Shown in pieces: positions 39,701 to 52,528 of a DNA stretch of 64,000 nt. The first letter of the stretch is position 1. Each line of letters opens with the position of its first letter. The DNA comes from Felis catus (taxonomy: Eukaryota). Position numbers and translations under genes: made by a program. The stretch is taken from contig NC_058368.1 in assembly GCF_018350175.1 (NCBI RefSeq), positions 50,407,815 to 50,471,814 on the forward strand, read 5' to 3'. A model generated the notes under the pieces. The model saw nothing but the letters and a program-made list of their open reading frames with translations. It searched no databases and was not told the DNA's origin.

Positions 39701-40601
39701 GGGGAATTTGGGCATCTTTGAGGCAACAATGGAGAGGGAGACAGAAGGGTTCAAGTGCATGGAGTTGGGGAAGAATCATACAAAGATCATATGTTCAAGG
39801 ATTAGTCTTAAATGGAGAGGGGACACTTCTATGAGTCAAAAGAAAACAAAGTGAAGTAGATGTAGAAATCAGAATTACATTCTTCCATTTTTTTCCTAAC
39901 ATTAGTATCAATATTGAACTCTTTTGCTGGGAAATAATGATGTTCTTATTGAAGATGCATAAAATGTTAGTTTGCCAAAACATAGGACTATGATCTATAG
40001 ATTTGTGCAGTTAAATAACAAGAAATAGAAGACTTAATTTTAAATATACCTCTTGTATGTCATTTTTTGGCTTCCCAAATCCTCTGACAAGAAAATTTAA
40101 GAGCATTGTGTAATCTATTAGTTTTTGGTTATTGGTTATTACTGTCTTTTGATGTTTTGTCACACTTTGCTCATGTCTCTTGCCAGCATTTATTTCAATC
40201 TGTGTCCAACAAAGTACTCATAATCTCGGATATTTATATAAATTAGCACTTTAAAACTTCTGACAGGTGCCAGTGATATTTGGTCTATGCTTTGCCCTCG
40301 CTTCATGAGAATCTCTCTCTCTCTTCCTCCTCCTCCTCTTCCTATCTCCATTTCCATCCCCATCTCTATCATCTTCATCTCTAGGTAGACTTGGAGCTGG
40401 TTTAGTTGCCACTATGCATTCAGGCTCTGTCTAAAACTCCTTTTATTAAAAAAAAAAAACTTTAGATTAATTAGTATTACAGACGTGACATTATTTATCT
40501 CCTGAAAAGCCCCTGATCTGTGGGGTCATTAGGAAATCCTATCATAAATGTCAGGTCTGAAAATGTAAGAGAAAAATCTAATCCATCTATATATTATGGA
40601 C

Positions 40602-40820
40602 GGGGCGCCTGGGTGGCGCAGTCGGTTAAGCGTCCGACTTCAGCCAGGTCACGATCTCGCGGTCCGTGAGTTCGAGCCCCGCGTCGGGCTCTGGGCTGAT
40701 GGCTCAGAGCCTGGAGCTTGTTTCCGATTCTGTGTCTCCCTCTCTCTCTGCCCCTCGCCCGTTCATGCTCTGTCTCTCTCTGTCCCAAAAATAAAAATAA
40801 AATTAAAATTAAAAAAGAAA
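40602..40820 (+). mobile_element. Young felid CAN-SINE
   Basis: Near-consensus with CpGs intact; TSD TATATATTATGG at 40588-40599 and 40821-40832. Confidence 0.97.
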
Positions 40821-41710
40821 TATATATTATGGTTATTGTGACACTACCCCAAAGCAGGAAAATGGAGACTTTCAGAAGAATCATACCATTCTTTTTTAAT
40901 CAACTCACCCAAATAAAGTTTTAGATACATGAACATACCATTACATTTCTCTCTTAGATAAGTAAACCAAAAATATTGTGACAGTAGAGATTATATAGTA
41001 TCTTTTCCTTTGCTCTAAAAATATCTATAAATGGAATCTGTTTATATAGTGTATTGATAAAAAAAAGCTTATGATAACAAAAATTAGGAATGAAAAATCC
41101 CAGGAGGCTGGAGATTTAGAGTTCACTTACCATCTGCAGTTATTACCCTTGTGATATTTGTGTACATGAAGATACAGATTGGATTTCAAAAGTTCATAGG
41201 AAGTACTTATGAAGCCAAGAACGGTCCTCTTGTTGCAATTCCTGACTTAACACAAAAGCACTTCAGAATAGCAGACAAGAGCACTTGAATTTTCCAATCA
41301 TTTAAAGGCCACTTTGGGAGTCTAAATCCACATGGTTCAGTGCTTCTGGTTGTTAACATTTTGTACTGTCATTTGCCCATATTTGTTAAACAGTTTTTAA
41401 TTGCTATTTTGCTTTTCTCCTTAAATAGTAGTCTTTGTAAATGAAACAAGAAATCCTGCAGAATGTGTTTTTTCTTCTTATTTTGCATTGAACATTTAAA
41501 ATGAAAATTGTTACTGTGTTCTCAGCAACCATTTGAATTGGTCTGCTTCATGTGACACTGGCTTTTTGAAAGTGCCAACTATCACTTGACTCTTCATTAT
41601 TAAATCATCACTATCTATACCTGTTGCCCTGGAGTAGGAGGCTCACTATATGATTTATTTCCTTAGCAAAAAATTTAAAAAGAGAGCTTGATTTAAGAGT
41701 TATACAATAA

Positions 41711-41912
41711 GGGTGCGTGGGTGGCTCAGTTTACTGAGCATACAACTTTGGCTCAGGTCCTAATCTCGCCTTCTGTGGGTTTGAGCCCCATGTTGGGCTC
41801 TGTGCTAACAGCTCAGAGCCTGGAGCCTGCTTCAGATTCTGTGTCTCCCTCTCTCTCTCTTCCCCTTCCCTGCTCATGCTCTGTCTCTTTCTAAAATGAA
41901 TAAACATAAAAA
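41711..41912 (+). mobile_element. CAN-SINE
   Basis: Head, core and tail present. Confidence 0.9.
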
Positions 41913-41974
41913 GGAGCTATATAACATTATTTTAATAAGTATTTATGGAGATTTTAGAAGTTCAAAATTTAAAA

Positions 41975-42720
41975 ACGGCTTAACAAAAAACAAAAGACAA
42001 GTGTTAATGCAGATGTGGAGAAATGAGAACACTCTCACACTGTTGGTGGAGATGTAAATGGTGAAGTCATTATAGAAAACAGTAAGGGGGGTCCTCAAAA
42101 GATCAAAAATATAATTACCATATCATTCAGCAATCCCACTTCTGGGTATTTATCCAAAAGAATTGAAAACAGGATCATGAACACACACTAGCCCTCTCAT
42201 GTTCATCATAGCATTATTTACAATAGCCATGACATAGAAACAAGCTAAATGTCTGTCAACAGATGGATGGACAAAGAAAAGGTGATATATACAAAGGAAT
42301 TTCATTCAGCCATTAAAAAAAGAAGGAAATTCTGCAACATGCAACAACATAGATGAACCTTAAGCACATTATGCTAAGTGAAATAAGCGAGGCACAGAAA
42401 AACCCTGCACGATTCCATTTACATAGGATATCTAATAGAGTCAAATTCATAGAATCAAAGCATGACATGGTGGTTGCCAGAGGCTGAGGGGATGGGGGAA
42501 TGGAGAGTTACTAGTGAATGGGCATAAAGTTTCAGTTGAACAAGATGAATAAAATCTAGAGTACAACATAATAAACAGAGTACAACAGAATAAAATCTGC
42601 TGTACAACATTATACCTAGAGTCAACAATACTGTTATACACATCTACAAATTTGTTGAGAGGGTAAATCTCATGCTAATTGTTCTTACCATAATACAATT
42701 TTTAAAAATTAAATGAATAA
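41975..42720 (+). mobile_element. L1MA/MB ORF2 end and 3' UTR
   Basis: CAGCAATCCCACTTCTGGGTATTTATCCAAAAGAATTGAAA; CATTATGCTAAGTGAAATAAG. Confidence 0.9.
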
Positions 42721-42959
42721 AATATTTTGCTCCACACTGTCTTTAAGGTTTCATGTAATAGACACAGTATAGATTCGTTCTTACTATTCCAATTCCGTGT
42801 TTTTGTTAGTTCTTTGGAGTCACCTTTGCCTTTTCATGGACAATTAGGTGGAATTGAATTTTTCTTTGTCATTAAATTGCCATTTCACCTACAAGACTGA
42901 GGTTTTTCTAGGCAATTTAAATAGAATCCTGGCACTATTTTAAGTTATAAACTCATCTC

Positions 42960-43520
42960 AGAAGCACCGTGCACCTGCTGTATGTCAGGCTTTCTGCCAG
43001 GTGATGGCTACAAAGAAACAGTTTCCACCCTCATGGAGTTCCCACTGGAAAGGAGGAAGCCGGTGATGATCATATCAATACTTAAATTCCATGATTATCA
43101 CCTGTGATAAGTACTCTGCAGGGAAAAGGCAGCGAGCAATGAGAGAAAATAACACCGGGGGACCTATTACCCTCACGATTATGGGAGAAAGTCTCCTCAT
43201 AGACTGAGAAATGACTAGTGACCCGGGCAAGGAACAAGTAGTGTGATATTCAAGAGAGTGAGCTGTGCTCCTGGAGGCCTTGATGTGGGGAACAGCTTGG
43301 TGTATTTCTGGAACTGAGAAGAAGGTCCTAGTGCAATGGGACATGAAAAGAGGGGAAGATGAGTTGGAGGTGGGAAGTTTGAGTAGAGAGAGGCCAATTG
43401 ATGCAGGGGTTTGTAGTTCATGACATAGGGTTTGTTTGTTTTGTGAAGTACAGTCGGAAACTGTTGGAAAATGTAAGTAGGAAAGTAGTAGGATCTAATG
43501 TATTTATTTAAATGATTAGC
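42960..43520. mobile_element. L2 relic
   Basis: CACCTGCTGTATGTCAGGC...CCCTCATGGAGTT resembles an L2 end. Confidence 0.55.
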
Positions 43521-44060
43521 TTATAGAAGGTCAGGAATTAGAGAGTGAGGCAGAGTGCAGGGAATACTCCCTGTTGAAGAAATAAGTCAGGAAGTATATC
43601 TTTCTCTACTTTAACAAACACAGTTTGATTGTAAGAGCAATGGGTATTATAAACATCGGCAATTCTGTGTTCTGTGTATCTCGTTGTTAAAATTACTTAC
43701 GTTTTTGTTTTGTAATGTTCATGTTTAAACGTTATGTTTAGTTTCTGCAGAGTCTTATTTGCTGTTTTCAGTTTCTTTAAAAAGTTGAGATCGTAATACC
43801 ATACATATGGCCTTTATTCATTCAGCAAAATTTTACTGATCATATGCTATAAGAATTGTACAAGGTGAAGACGTTTACAACTGCCATCTGTCACCCTACC
43901 CTGTCCCTACTCGCACTCATACTTGCTGTCTTGCATCTGTGGATCACTAAGCTGTAGAATCAGTATTCACTATGCCATCTTCTCCTTACACTTGAAAAAA
44001 TGTATATATCACTTCTTTCTATCTTTTATTAAATAACATCTTTCTTTAATTCAACTCCAG

Positions 44061-44108
44061 GGTGCTTGGCGCTGCTGATTCTGCTGGGCTTGAGCTAACG
44101 TTGAAGAG
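44061..44108 (+). other. Candidate 48-nt internal exon
   Basis: Pyrimidine tract ...CTTTCTTTAATTCAACTCCAG| and donor GAG|GTAGGT (alternative donor TAG|GTACGT 4 nt later); GC-richer than flanks. Confidence 0.35.
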
Positions 44109-45509
44109 GTAGGTACGTTTCATCTCATGCTTTTATTATTAGGGCCCAGACTATCTAAATTTAATGCCGCTTCTGGAAACTCATAAGTAATTTTGACAAC
44201 AAGAAAACTGAAAAATAATTCTTGAAAGTAAAAAACCAGCATCTCTCTTTGCTATCTCAAGAACATAATATACACACATCTAAAGAAGCTGTCTGTCCAA
44301 TGCAGTTCTTAAAGAAACGAATGGAGTCTCCCAAATTAGAGTGCACTTGTGCATACTTAATGTTTTGGTTAGCTATTTATGCAAAGTGCAGGTTCTTCTC
44401 TCTTTTGAGAGATGAATGCACAAGTATGTAGCTTACCGATTTTTGTTTTGCTGCTGCCACAAATTGCACAAGACCTCGTTAAAGTTCTCTTGTCCATTTA
44501 AGGTTCACATTTTAGTCAGTCTTCAAAAATGCATTTCTTTGGTTATTGCTCAGAGTTAAGTGATGAATTCTCCATTGCTTTTAGAAAGAAACATAACACT
44601 TACCAAGTACTCTAGGGTTGAATTCTGTAAGTAAATTTCTGAGTTTCTGAGGTGATCTTTCTTCACTCTTTCCTTAGCACTTCTAGATTCTCTGTGTTGC
44701 ATGTACTGAACTTTAGTGTTTAGTAAGCACACTAAATCTCTTGCACAAATTGTTATTAGAAAAGTTATTGAATTGAGGAAAATATGTTCAGAAGCAATAA
44801 ACATTGAGAACTTTTGGTTGAAAATTTAGTTACATATATTTAAATATTCGTCATGGTAGTTATGAAAATGCCTACTTACCTTTGCAAATATAAAGTAATA
44901 TGTTTTCTTTAATCTAGAGGCAAATATGATCAGTTGTTTTAGTAAACTATATGATATTCTTATAATGATAATGGTTAAATATTTCACTTGCATGCAGATG
45001 AAATGATCACTGATAACGTATACAGCTATCATGTAGATAATCTTTTTTCATTGCTTAGAAGATAGATAATATATGAGCAATATCCGTAACTTCTATCAAT
45101 ATCTATCAGTTTGTTCCTGAACACAGTCCTGAGAAAAAAAATAATATAATGAACATGTGTCCATATATGCTAGTCCATTGATTTGGGGAGTGGTTTTTTA
45201 GGACATATAAATAAGGAATGAAACTCAAATGAACAATGTAGAATTAAAATTCACTTCCCATTTTTTTTTCATGTGCAGCAATTCAGTCATTGGTTTCAGA
45301 GGTGAAAAAAAAAGCATTAGGTATTGGATACAAAGAATATAGGTAGAATTGACAGTCATTGATTTTAAAACAAAGGGAAATATTGTTATTTGAAAGAAGA
45401 GCTTACATTTCTAAAAATTTCACTTGCATAAAATTATCAGGCTTTAAGTGAGTCACATTTGAGCAGCTACTGTGTACCGTCCATTACAACAATTTTATCC
45501 TCCCCCCAG

Positions 45510-45545
45510 CCTTGACTTTTGCAAAGGAATTTTCCAGGGCAATAG
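45510..45545 (+). other. Candidate 36-nt internal exon
   Basis: TTTTATCCTCCCCCCAG| acceptor and TAG|GTAAGA donor. Confidence 0.25.
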
Positions 45546-45916
45546 GTAAGATTATCGTCTCTGAAAATGCTGATAGGAAGCTAACAACTTAAGTTCCTGT
45601 GTGTGAGAACCAGGGCTCCCTCTTTACTTGCGGAATGAACATGAAGGGTTGTTTTCCCCTAGTATGCTGTAACTATTCAAGACATGCTTGTTTGTTGTTG
45701 CCCATGGTAGTAAAAATGTTTAGTATTTGACCCGTCAACTCAAAATTAAGGTTTCTAGATGGTGGTAACCCTTTTTGTGTTTAGCTCCTCACTAATGCAT
45801 GATGCCTAATTAACTCAAGTTTTGAGGGTAAGTTGCTTAGATGACAGCTGTTAACTGGTGGTGCCAACAGGATCAGGTTGAGGAGCTAAATGCTCAAGAC
45901 CTGTCAACATGAAGGT

Positions 45917-46381
45917 CAGTGATTCTCAACACTGATTGCAGAATAGAATCACCTGGAAACTTAACTGGGTGGGATGATCGGGTTGGAAGTGCAGATTCAT
46001 TTAATCAGAGCCAGAGGTAGAGGAAGCCTGGACAGAAATATTTTTTAAAAACTTCCCAGGGAGGGTTCCTATTGTGTAGACAGGATTGAGAAACTGGGGG
46101 GTGGCTCCTTTTCTGGCAGAAAGAGCAGAATTGAGCCACTGATTTCACCTGCCTTAAGAGAAGGTTTTGATTACAGACGTTTCAACATGATATTGTTTCT
46201 TCTGTTAGGTAGGAGGTTTCCAAAGTGGTCAGAAGACTGGTAACATCAGTGTCTGGGAACTAGTTAGCGATGCAAATTTTCAGACCTTCTAAAACAAAAA
46301 CTCTGGAGATGGAGCATAGAGCACTGTGTTTTAAAAAGTCTTCAGTTGATTCTAATATACGTTAAGGTTTGAGAACCATCG
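45917..46381. mobile_element. Two MER5-family relics (about 45917-46097 and 46215-46381)
   Basis: CAGTGATTCTCAA / TTGAGAAACTG ends and GTTTGAGAACCA end. Confidence 0.65.
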
Positions 46382-47299
46382 TTTTCAGTAAAGTCTTGGC
46401 TAACATAGGTATTTAGAGGCCAACAATTGAAGCTCTCCACACTTATCACCCATTTAGAGTTCAGTTAAATGGAAAGTACCTGATCAATGAGACCTACATC
46501 TTACCTGGATGAATAAACAGCTTCATCATGAGAATATAGTAGTGGACCTAGATGACATTTTATTATTTTAAGAGCCTTGCAAGAGTAATGAGTTACATGG
46601 CATAAAGGTTCACATCCAAAAGTTAGTGCTCTTCCAAGGAATATGTTGTGAATATTTTTTTTATTCCTTCATTATTAAAATCCCTGAAGCAAAATGGCCT
46701 CTCCCAAAATTTGGAATACATTACATAACAAATCACTTCTCTGGTGGTCAAAATTAGACTCAGAGTAATAGATTCTCAAGTTGCTTCTTTTCCCATCTGA
46801 AGAACTAAATTGGTATCAAGGCAAGAAAACATATTTTATACTCTGTTGATGAGTTAAGCCCTCTAAGAGTTGTAAGGATAATTGGAGTTCTTCACTACTA
46901 CAGCTTGACTCTCCAAGTATTTTATTTATTTAAGGAAAATGTCATCTATATTCTCTCTCTGGTCTGTAAGTTTCAAGGATTCTTGTTACTCTCACATTTG
47001 GTTTTCTTTTTGACACATAAATTTTTTCCTACCATATGTCTACTCTCAACTTTGAATCCCCATACAGTGCAGAGTGCCTTCCTTTTTCTATTGCATCTGT
47101 TTCTTTTTGATAAGCTGTGCCCTTTCACTGTTGCACATCATGAATCTCATCCCATCAAGTTTCAATAATATCTTTCTGTTCATGTGTACTTCTTTGGCTT
47201 TAAAATTGAGATAGAAATTTTAGCCTAGGATTTTGAATATTCAGCTATAATCACCCGGGTCTAATTACTAAAGAGTTAACTGCCAATTAAAATTCTCTT

Positions 47300-47455
47300 T
47301 CCATGTAGAGAATATAGTCAATGGTATCGCAGTATTATTGTGTGGTGACAGATGGTAGCTACACTTGTGGTGATCCTAGCATAACGTGTAGAGATGTCGA
47401 ATCACTATGAAAATAATGTAACATCATTGTGTGTCAACTATAGCAAAATTTTTTT
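47300..47455 (+). mobile_element. Short L1 3' terminus
   Basis: GGTGACAGATGGTAGCTACACTTGTGGTGA motif; 13-bp TSD TTAAAATTCTCTT at 47287-47299 and 47456-47468. Confidence 0.85.
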
Positions 47456-47641
47456 TTAAAATTCTCTTGCTGTTCATGGAATCACAGAAATACAGGATTA
47501 GAAGGAATTTTGAGTTTGCATGGAAACTCTCTGCTTTATGGTTTTTCTTTTCATGTAACAATCATTTTACCTAGTAATTAGAAATTTTAAATTTATTTTT
47601 TGTCTTTGCCTTTCAAACTGTAATTTATTTCTTACTAGAAT

Positions 47642-47835
47642 ATTTTTAATGTGTATTTATTTTTGAGAGACAGAGAGACAGAGACAGAGCATGAGTGGGG
47701 GAGGGGCAGAGAGAGAAGGAGACAGGCTCTGAGCTGTCAGCACAGAGCCTGACGCGGGGCTCGAACCCACCAGCTCCGAGATCATGACCTGAGCCAAAGT
47801 CGGATGCTTAACTGACTGAGCCACCCAGGTTCCCC
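47642..47835 (-). mobile_element. CAN-SINE
   Basis: Antisense head; TSD-like AAACTGTA. Confidence 0.95.
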
Positions 47836-47861
47836 CAAACTGTATTTTAAATACCTTTCCC

Positions 47862-48006
47862 GGGGCGCCTGGGTGGCTTCGTCCGTTAAGCGTCCGACTT
47901 CAGCTCAGGTCATGATCTCACGGATCATGCGTTCAAGCCCCGCCTTGGGCTCTGTACTGACAGCTCAGAGCCTGGAGCTTGCTTCACATTCTGTTTCCCT
48001 CTCTCC
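47862..48006 (+). mobile_element. CAN-SINE lacking its 3' tail
   Basis: GGGGCGCCTGGGTGG head; sequence ends within the CT tract. Confidence 0.9.
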
Positions 48007-48774
48007 AGCTACAAATTTTACTTCTTCTTTACAGCACCTACACAATTTATAATTATATATTTAGTTGTGAGATACTTTTTAAGTGCTTACCGTCCTTATT
48101 AGATTATAACCCCATAAGGGAACAGGTGATATCTATTTCTTAATCTTTTGTCTCTGGTGATTAGCACTATACTTACAAAGTACCTGCTCAATAATTATTG
48201 CTTTTGAAAGAGTTTTACTAGTTACTCTGCTACAAAGGGAAGTGGGGAATGCTGGCATGTGTTATACAACAACCTGTATCCTTTTGTCTCACTTATAAAA
48301 CATATGTCATTGCGGCAGAACATTTTGAAAATAACTTACTTTCTTCCTATTGGCCCCTAGACATTGGTAATGTGTTTTAGTTGACTAGAGTCCACCAATT
48401 CCACTTATATATATGGACTGTTGATCTCAGCTAAGAGAGCTGCAACTAAAGAAACACCTATGTCACCAACATAATAAATTGGTACACACAGACCTTTTTA
48501 AACTAATAACAATCAGTAATAGTAACTGATAGCGAGTTTTAGATAAATGCCAAGCTCTGAGTAAGCACGGTGTATATATTATCTCTTAAAAAATGTATAT
48601 GAGATAAATACTCTTTTATTATCCTAATTTTCCCTGTGGACACAGGGAGAAAAAACATTACACCCAAAGTCACATATATTAAGTGGTTGATTCAGGGTTC
48701 TAACTTAGCTCTTTCTGAGTCAAATAAGCACAGGATTTTATCTATTTCTTTGACAAATAATGATAAGATTGATA

Positions 48775-48823
48775 CTTTTTTACAAAAGTTTATTTATTTT
48801 GATAGAGAGCTGAGCAGGGGAGG

Positions 48824-48870
<47 letters not shown>

Positions 48871-49155
48871 TCCCAAGCGGGCTTCATGCTTGTCAACACA
48901 GAGCCCGATGTGGGCTCCATCTCATGTTTGGTGAGATGGTGACCTGAGCCACAATCAAGTCGGATGCTCAACCAACTGAGCCACCCAGGTGCCCCTGATT
49001 TTATTAAATTACAGTACAGTTGACATACAGTATTAGTTTCAGGTGTTCAACATAGTGATTTTACATTTATATATATTACAAAATTCTTACCACAAAAAGT
49101 ATAGTTACCACCTGTCACCTTACAAAGTTATATTATTATTGGCTATATTCCCTAT
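48775..49155 (-). mobile_element. CAN-SINE (48775-48995) in the tail of a short L1 3' end (to about 49155)
   Basis: SINE head followed by TAGTTTCAGGTGTTCAACATAGTGATT; AGATTGA..CTTTT flanks both. Confidence 0.85.
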
Positions 49156-49349
49156 AGATTGACTTTTCTAAAGAAAGATATACTTGCTGGATTAGAGTAG
49201 ATGATCATCATGTCCAGGCAAACTGCCTTTTGTAAATTAATTGAAGGGTACCTATTCACTTACAGAACTGAATTATATATTTAAATCATATGCACTATAT
49301 ATTATATGCACAGTAATATATATTACATATATTTATTTGCTAGTACATA

Positions 49350-49705
49350 AGAGTTAACATTTATCAAATGCTTACTGTGAGCCTAATTCTAAATTAAGTA
49401 GTGTTAAAAGAGGTGTTATCTCATTTAAAGATCATACCTTATGCAGTAGTACATTTGCCACTTAAAAAAAAGTGGCAAAAATTTATGGTTCATAAATTTG
49501 TGTGTCATCCTTGTGCAGGGACCTTGCTAATCTTCCCTGGATTGTTCCAATTTTAGTATATCTGTTGCTGAAGTGAGCACAATACTTTCCACTTTTTATA
49601 GGTGACAGAACTGAAGTGCAAAAAGAAATAAGGACACTTTTCCTGAGGTCATATCATTTATAAATGATGGAGCCAGGTTTGGAATACAAGACCATTTGAC
49701 TCATA
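49350..49705 (-). mobile_element. MIR interrupted by a U6 retrocopy
   Basis: CATTTATCAAATGCTTACT...TTATCTCATTTAA on the left; GAGGTCAT...GGAGCCAGGTTTGGAA on the right. Confidence 0.65.
49477..49580 (-). pseudogene. RNU6: U6 snRNA retropseudogene, near full length
   Basis: Reverse complement reads GTGCTCACTTCAGCAACAGATATACTAAAATTGGAACAATCCAGGGAAGATTAGCAAGGTCCCTGCACAAGGATGACACACAAATTTATGAACCATAAATTTTT; CpGs decayed and ACAGAGA box mutated. Confidence 0.95.
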
Positions 49706-50326
49706 GGATACATTTATCATCTATGTCTTTCTTCTCAAATCTCTAAACTGACCAGGAATTAAAAGTTTTTAGCAGTATTTTTCACGTGTCTTCGGAGTAT
49801 TTCTCTGTCATTCGGTACAGTTGGATATATGGAATATTCTCTGTCATGAGAATTTAGGGACTTGGAAATGTACTTAGTAAGTGCAGGCCACCTCAGGGTA
49901 TTAATTTTTACACTAACTCCTGTTAGTGAGACCTTAGTAAATCCTAAAATGTTTCTCTTCCTTTAAAGAAAAACATTAGAACCTTTCTTCTCCCCAGTGT
50001 CTGACAGTCATAAAAGCTTGACCAGCCTAGGACAAAGAAGTCAACACTTCAATATCAAGTTGATATGAGAGCCTTTAGGATAATGACCATCACTTTTGTA
50101 GGTCTTATGCTGCAAACGTGTATAGCATTGCCTAATTAATTTTAGTGGATTGATTGACATGTGCAGTCACCTCATTCTTGTATTGCTACCTGAGACCATA
50201 CTTTGGCTGGGGCCTCGTCTTACCACTTCCTAATTTGTATAAATTCCTCTAGCTCTCAGATACATTGATCTGCATTTGCTTAAGGTTGTGCCTTGTGGAT
50301 TAGGAAACTTTAGAAACACTTGTAGT

Positions 50327-50530
50327 GGGGCGCCTGGGTGGCGCAGTTGGTTAAGCGTCCGACTTCAGCCAGGTCACGATCTCGCGGTCCGTGAGTTCGA
50401 GCCCCGCGTCGGGCTCTGGGCTGATGGCTTGGGGCCTGGAGCCTGTTTCCGATTCTGTGTCTCTCTCTCTCTCTGCCCCTCCCCCGTTCATGCTCTGTCT
50501 CTCTCTGTCCCAAAAATAAATAAACGTTGA
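50327..50530 (+). mobile_element. Young felid CAN-SINE
   Basis: Near-consensus; perfect 14-bp TSD AGAAACACTTGTAG at 50312-50325 and 50531-50544. Confidence 0.97.
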
Positions 50531-51396
50531 AGAAACACTTGTAGAAACAATATTTTCCTGAAAACGTAAAACAGGGATTTGTATGTTATGTTTTCAGTTA
50601 TTCACATATCTTGTCAGATCAAGAACAAAAACTTTGGGATTTAAAAAATTATGCAAATGCAGTAATTCAGCTTGCAAATGAACTATTAGTCATTTTTCTT
50701 AGCCTACAGATTTGATTTAATAACATGTTTAAATGTAGACAAGTCTCTTTTAAGTGTTTGATCATTCATGTTCTTCTCTCTGGAGAACTTCACTTGTGCT
50801 AGAACCAAGTTAGCATGTCTAGAAAATGATGTGAAGTAGAGAATTTTGACTATATGACATCAAACTGCACAACCTACAAGGGATGGATCAAATATTTGAA
50901 ACATAAAACTTTTCAAAACTGAAGCAGGAAGAAATAGAAAATCTGAACAGACCAATTAAAAGTAACACAATTGATTCAAAAATCAAAAAAACTACAAAAA
51001 AAACCCCAAAAGTCCAGGATCAGATGGATTCACAAGTGAATTCTATCAGATATTTAAAGAAGAGTTAATACCTATTCTCCACAAACTATTCCAAAACATA
51101 GAAGAGGAAGGAAAGCTTCCAGATAACATTTTAAAATGACAACATTACCCAAACCAGAAAAAAGACCGCCCCCGCCCCCCATGCCATACACACACACACA
51201 AAACTACAGGTCAATATCCCTGATGAACTTATATACAAAAGTTCTCAATGAAATATTAGCAAACCACATACAAAAATACTTTAAAAATAATATTCACCAT
51301 GATCAGGTGAGATTTATTCCAGGGATGCAGGGATGGTTCAGTATTCACTAATCAATTGTCATACACCACATCAACAAAATGCAGGAGAAAATCATC

Positions 51397-51513
51397 CTAC
51401 ACTGACAGTGTGGAGCCTGCTTGGGATTCTCTCTCTCTCTCCCTCTATCTCTTTCCTCTCCCATACTCTCTCTTTCTCTCTCTCTTAAAGTAAATAAATA
51501 AACTTAAAAAAAA
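51397..51513 (+). mobile_element. 5'-truncated CAN-SINE inside L1
   Basis: CACTGACAGTGTGGAGCCTGCTTGGGATTC, CT tract and tail. Confidence 0.9.
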
Positions 51514-52528
51514 ATCAATCACCATGATCAAGTGAGATTTATTGCTGGGTTGCAAGAGTGGTTCAGTATTCGCAAATCAATCAAGGTGCCACATCACATC
51601 AACAAGAGAAAGGATAAATACCTTATCATTTCAATAGATGCTGAGAAGCATTTGATGATGTACAACACCCACTCATGATAAAAATCCTTAGCAAGGTAGG
51701 TTTAGAGGGAACATACCTCAACAAAATTAAGCCCATATATGAAAACACCCACAGATAATATCATATTCGATGGTGAAAAACTGGGAACTTTTCTTCTAAG
51801 GTCAGGAACAACACAAGGATGTCCATTCTCACCAGGTTTATTCAACATGGTACTGCAATAGTTAGCCACAGCATTCAGAAAAGAAAAAGGAATAAAAGGC
51901 ATCCAAACTGGTAAGGAAGAAGTAAAACTTGTACTGTTCACAGATGACATGATACTGTATTTGGAAAACCCTAAAGACTCTACAAAAAACAAGTAAAACT
52001 GATAAATGATTTCAGTAAGATTGCAAGATACAAAATCAATATACAGAACTCCGCTCCATTTCTATACACTAATAACGAAGTAACAGAAAGAGAAATTAAC
52101 AAAACAACCCCATTACAATTGTACCAAAGCTGATCAAATACCTAGGAATAAACTTAACAAAGGAGGTGAAATAACTGTACTCTGCAAAAATATAAAACAT
52201 TGATGAAAGAAATTGAAGATGACACAAATTGAAAGATATTCGATGCTCATGGAACGGAAGACAAATATTGTTAAAATGTCCATACTACCTAAAGCAATCT
52301 ACAAATTTAGTGCAATACCCATCAAATTACCAATAGCATTTTTCACTAAACTAGAATAATCCCAAAATCTGTACAGAACCACAAAAGACCCCAAATAGCC
52401 CCGAAAAACAAAACTAGAGGTATCATAATTCCAGATTTCAAGATATACTACAAAGTTATAGTAATCAAAACTATGGTACTAGCACAAAAAATAGACACAT
52501 AGTTTAATAGAAAAGAATATAAAATCCA

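Noticed and set aside
41131..41241. Minus-strand 111-nt exon candidate with donor ATG|GTAAGT
   Set aside because: Mediocre acceptor and unrecognised peptide; strong donors occur by chance in 64 kb
46505..46547. Minus-strand 43-nt exon candidate with donor CAG|GTAAGA
   Set aside because: No polypyrimidine tract at the acceptor
49477..49580. Functional U6 gene
   Set aside because: ACAGAGA box mutated, CpG decay, 3' deletion, and embedded in a MIR with no evident PSE/TATA promoter
1650..49703. Multiple AP-1 heptamers (TGAGTCA/TGACTCA)
   Set aside because: Scattered, and not clearly above chance for a 7-mer in AT-rich DNA
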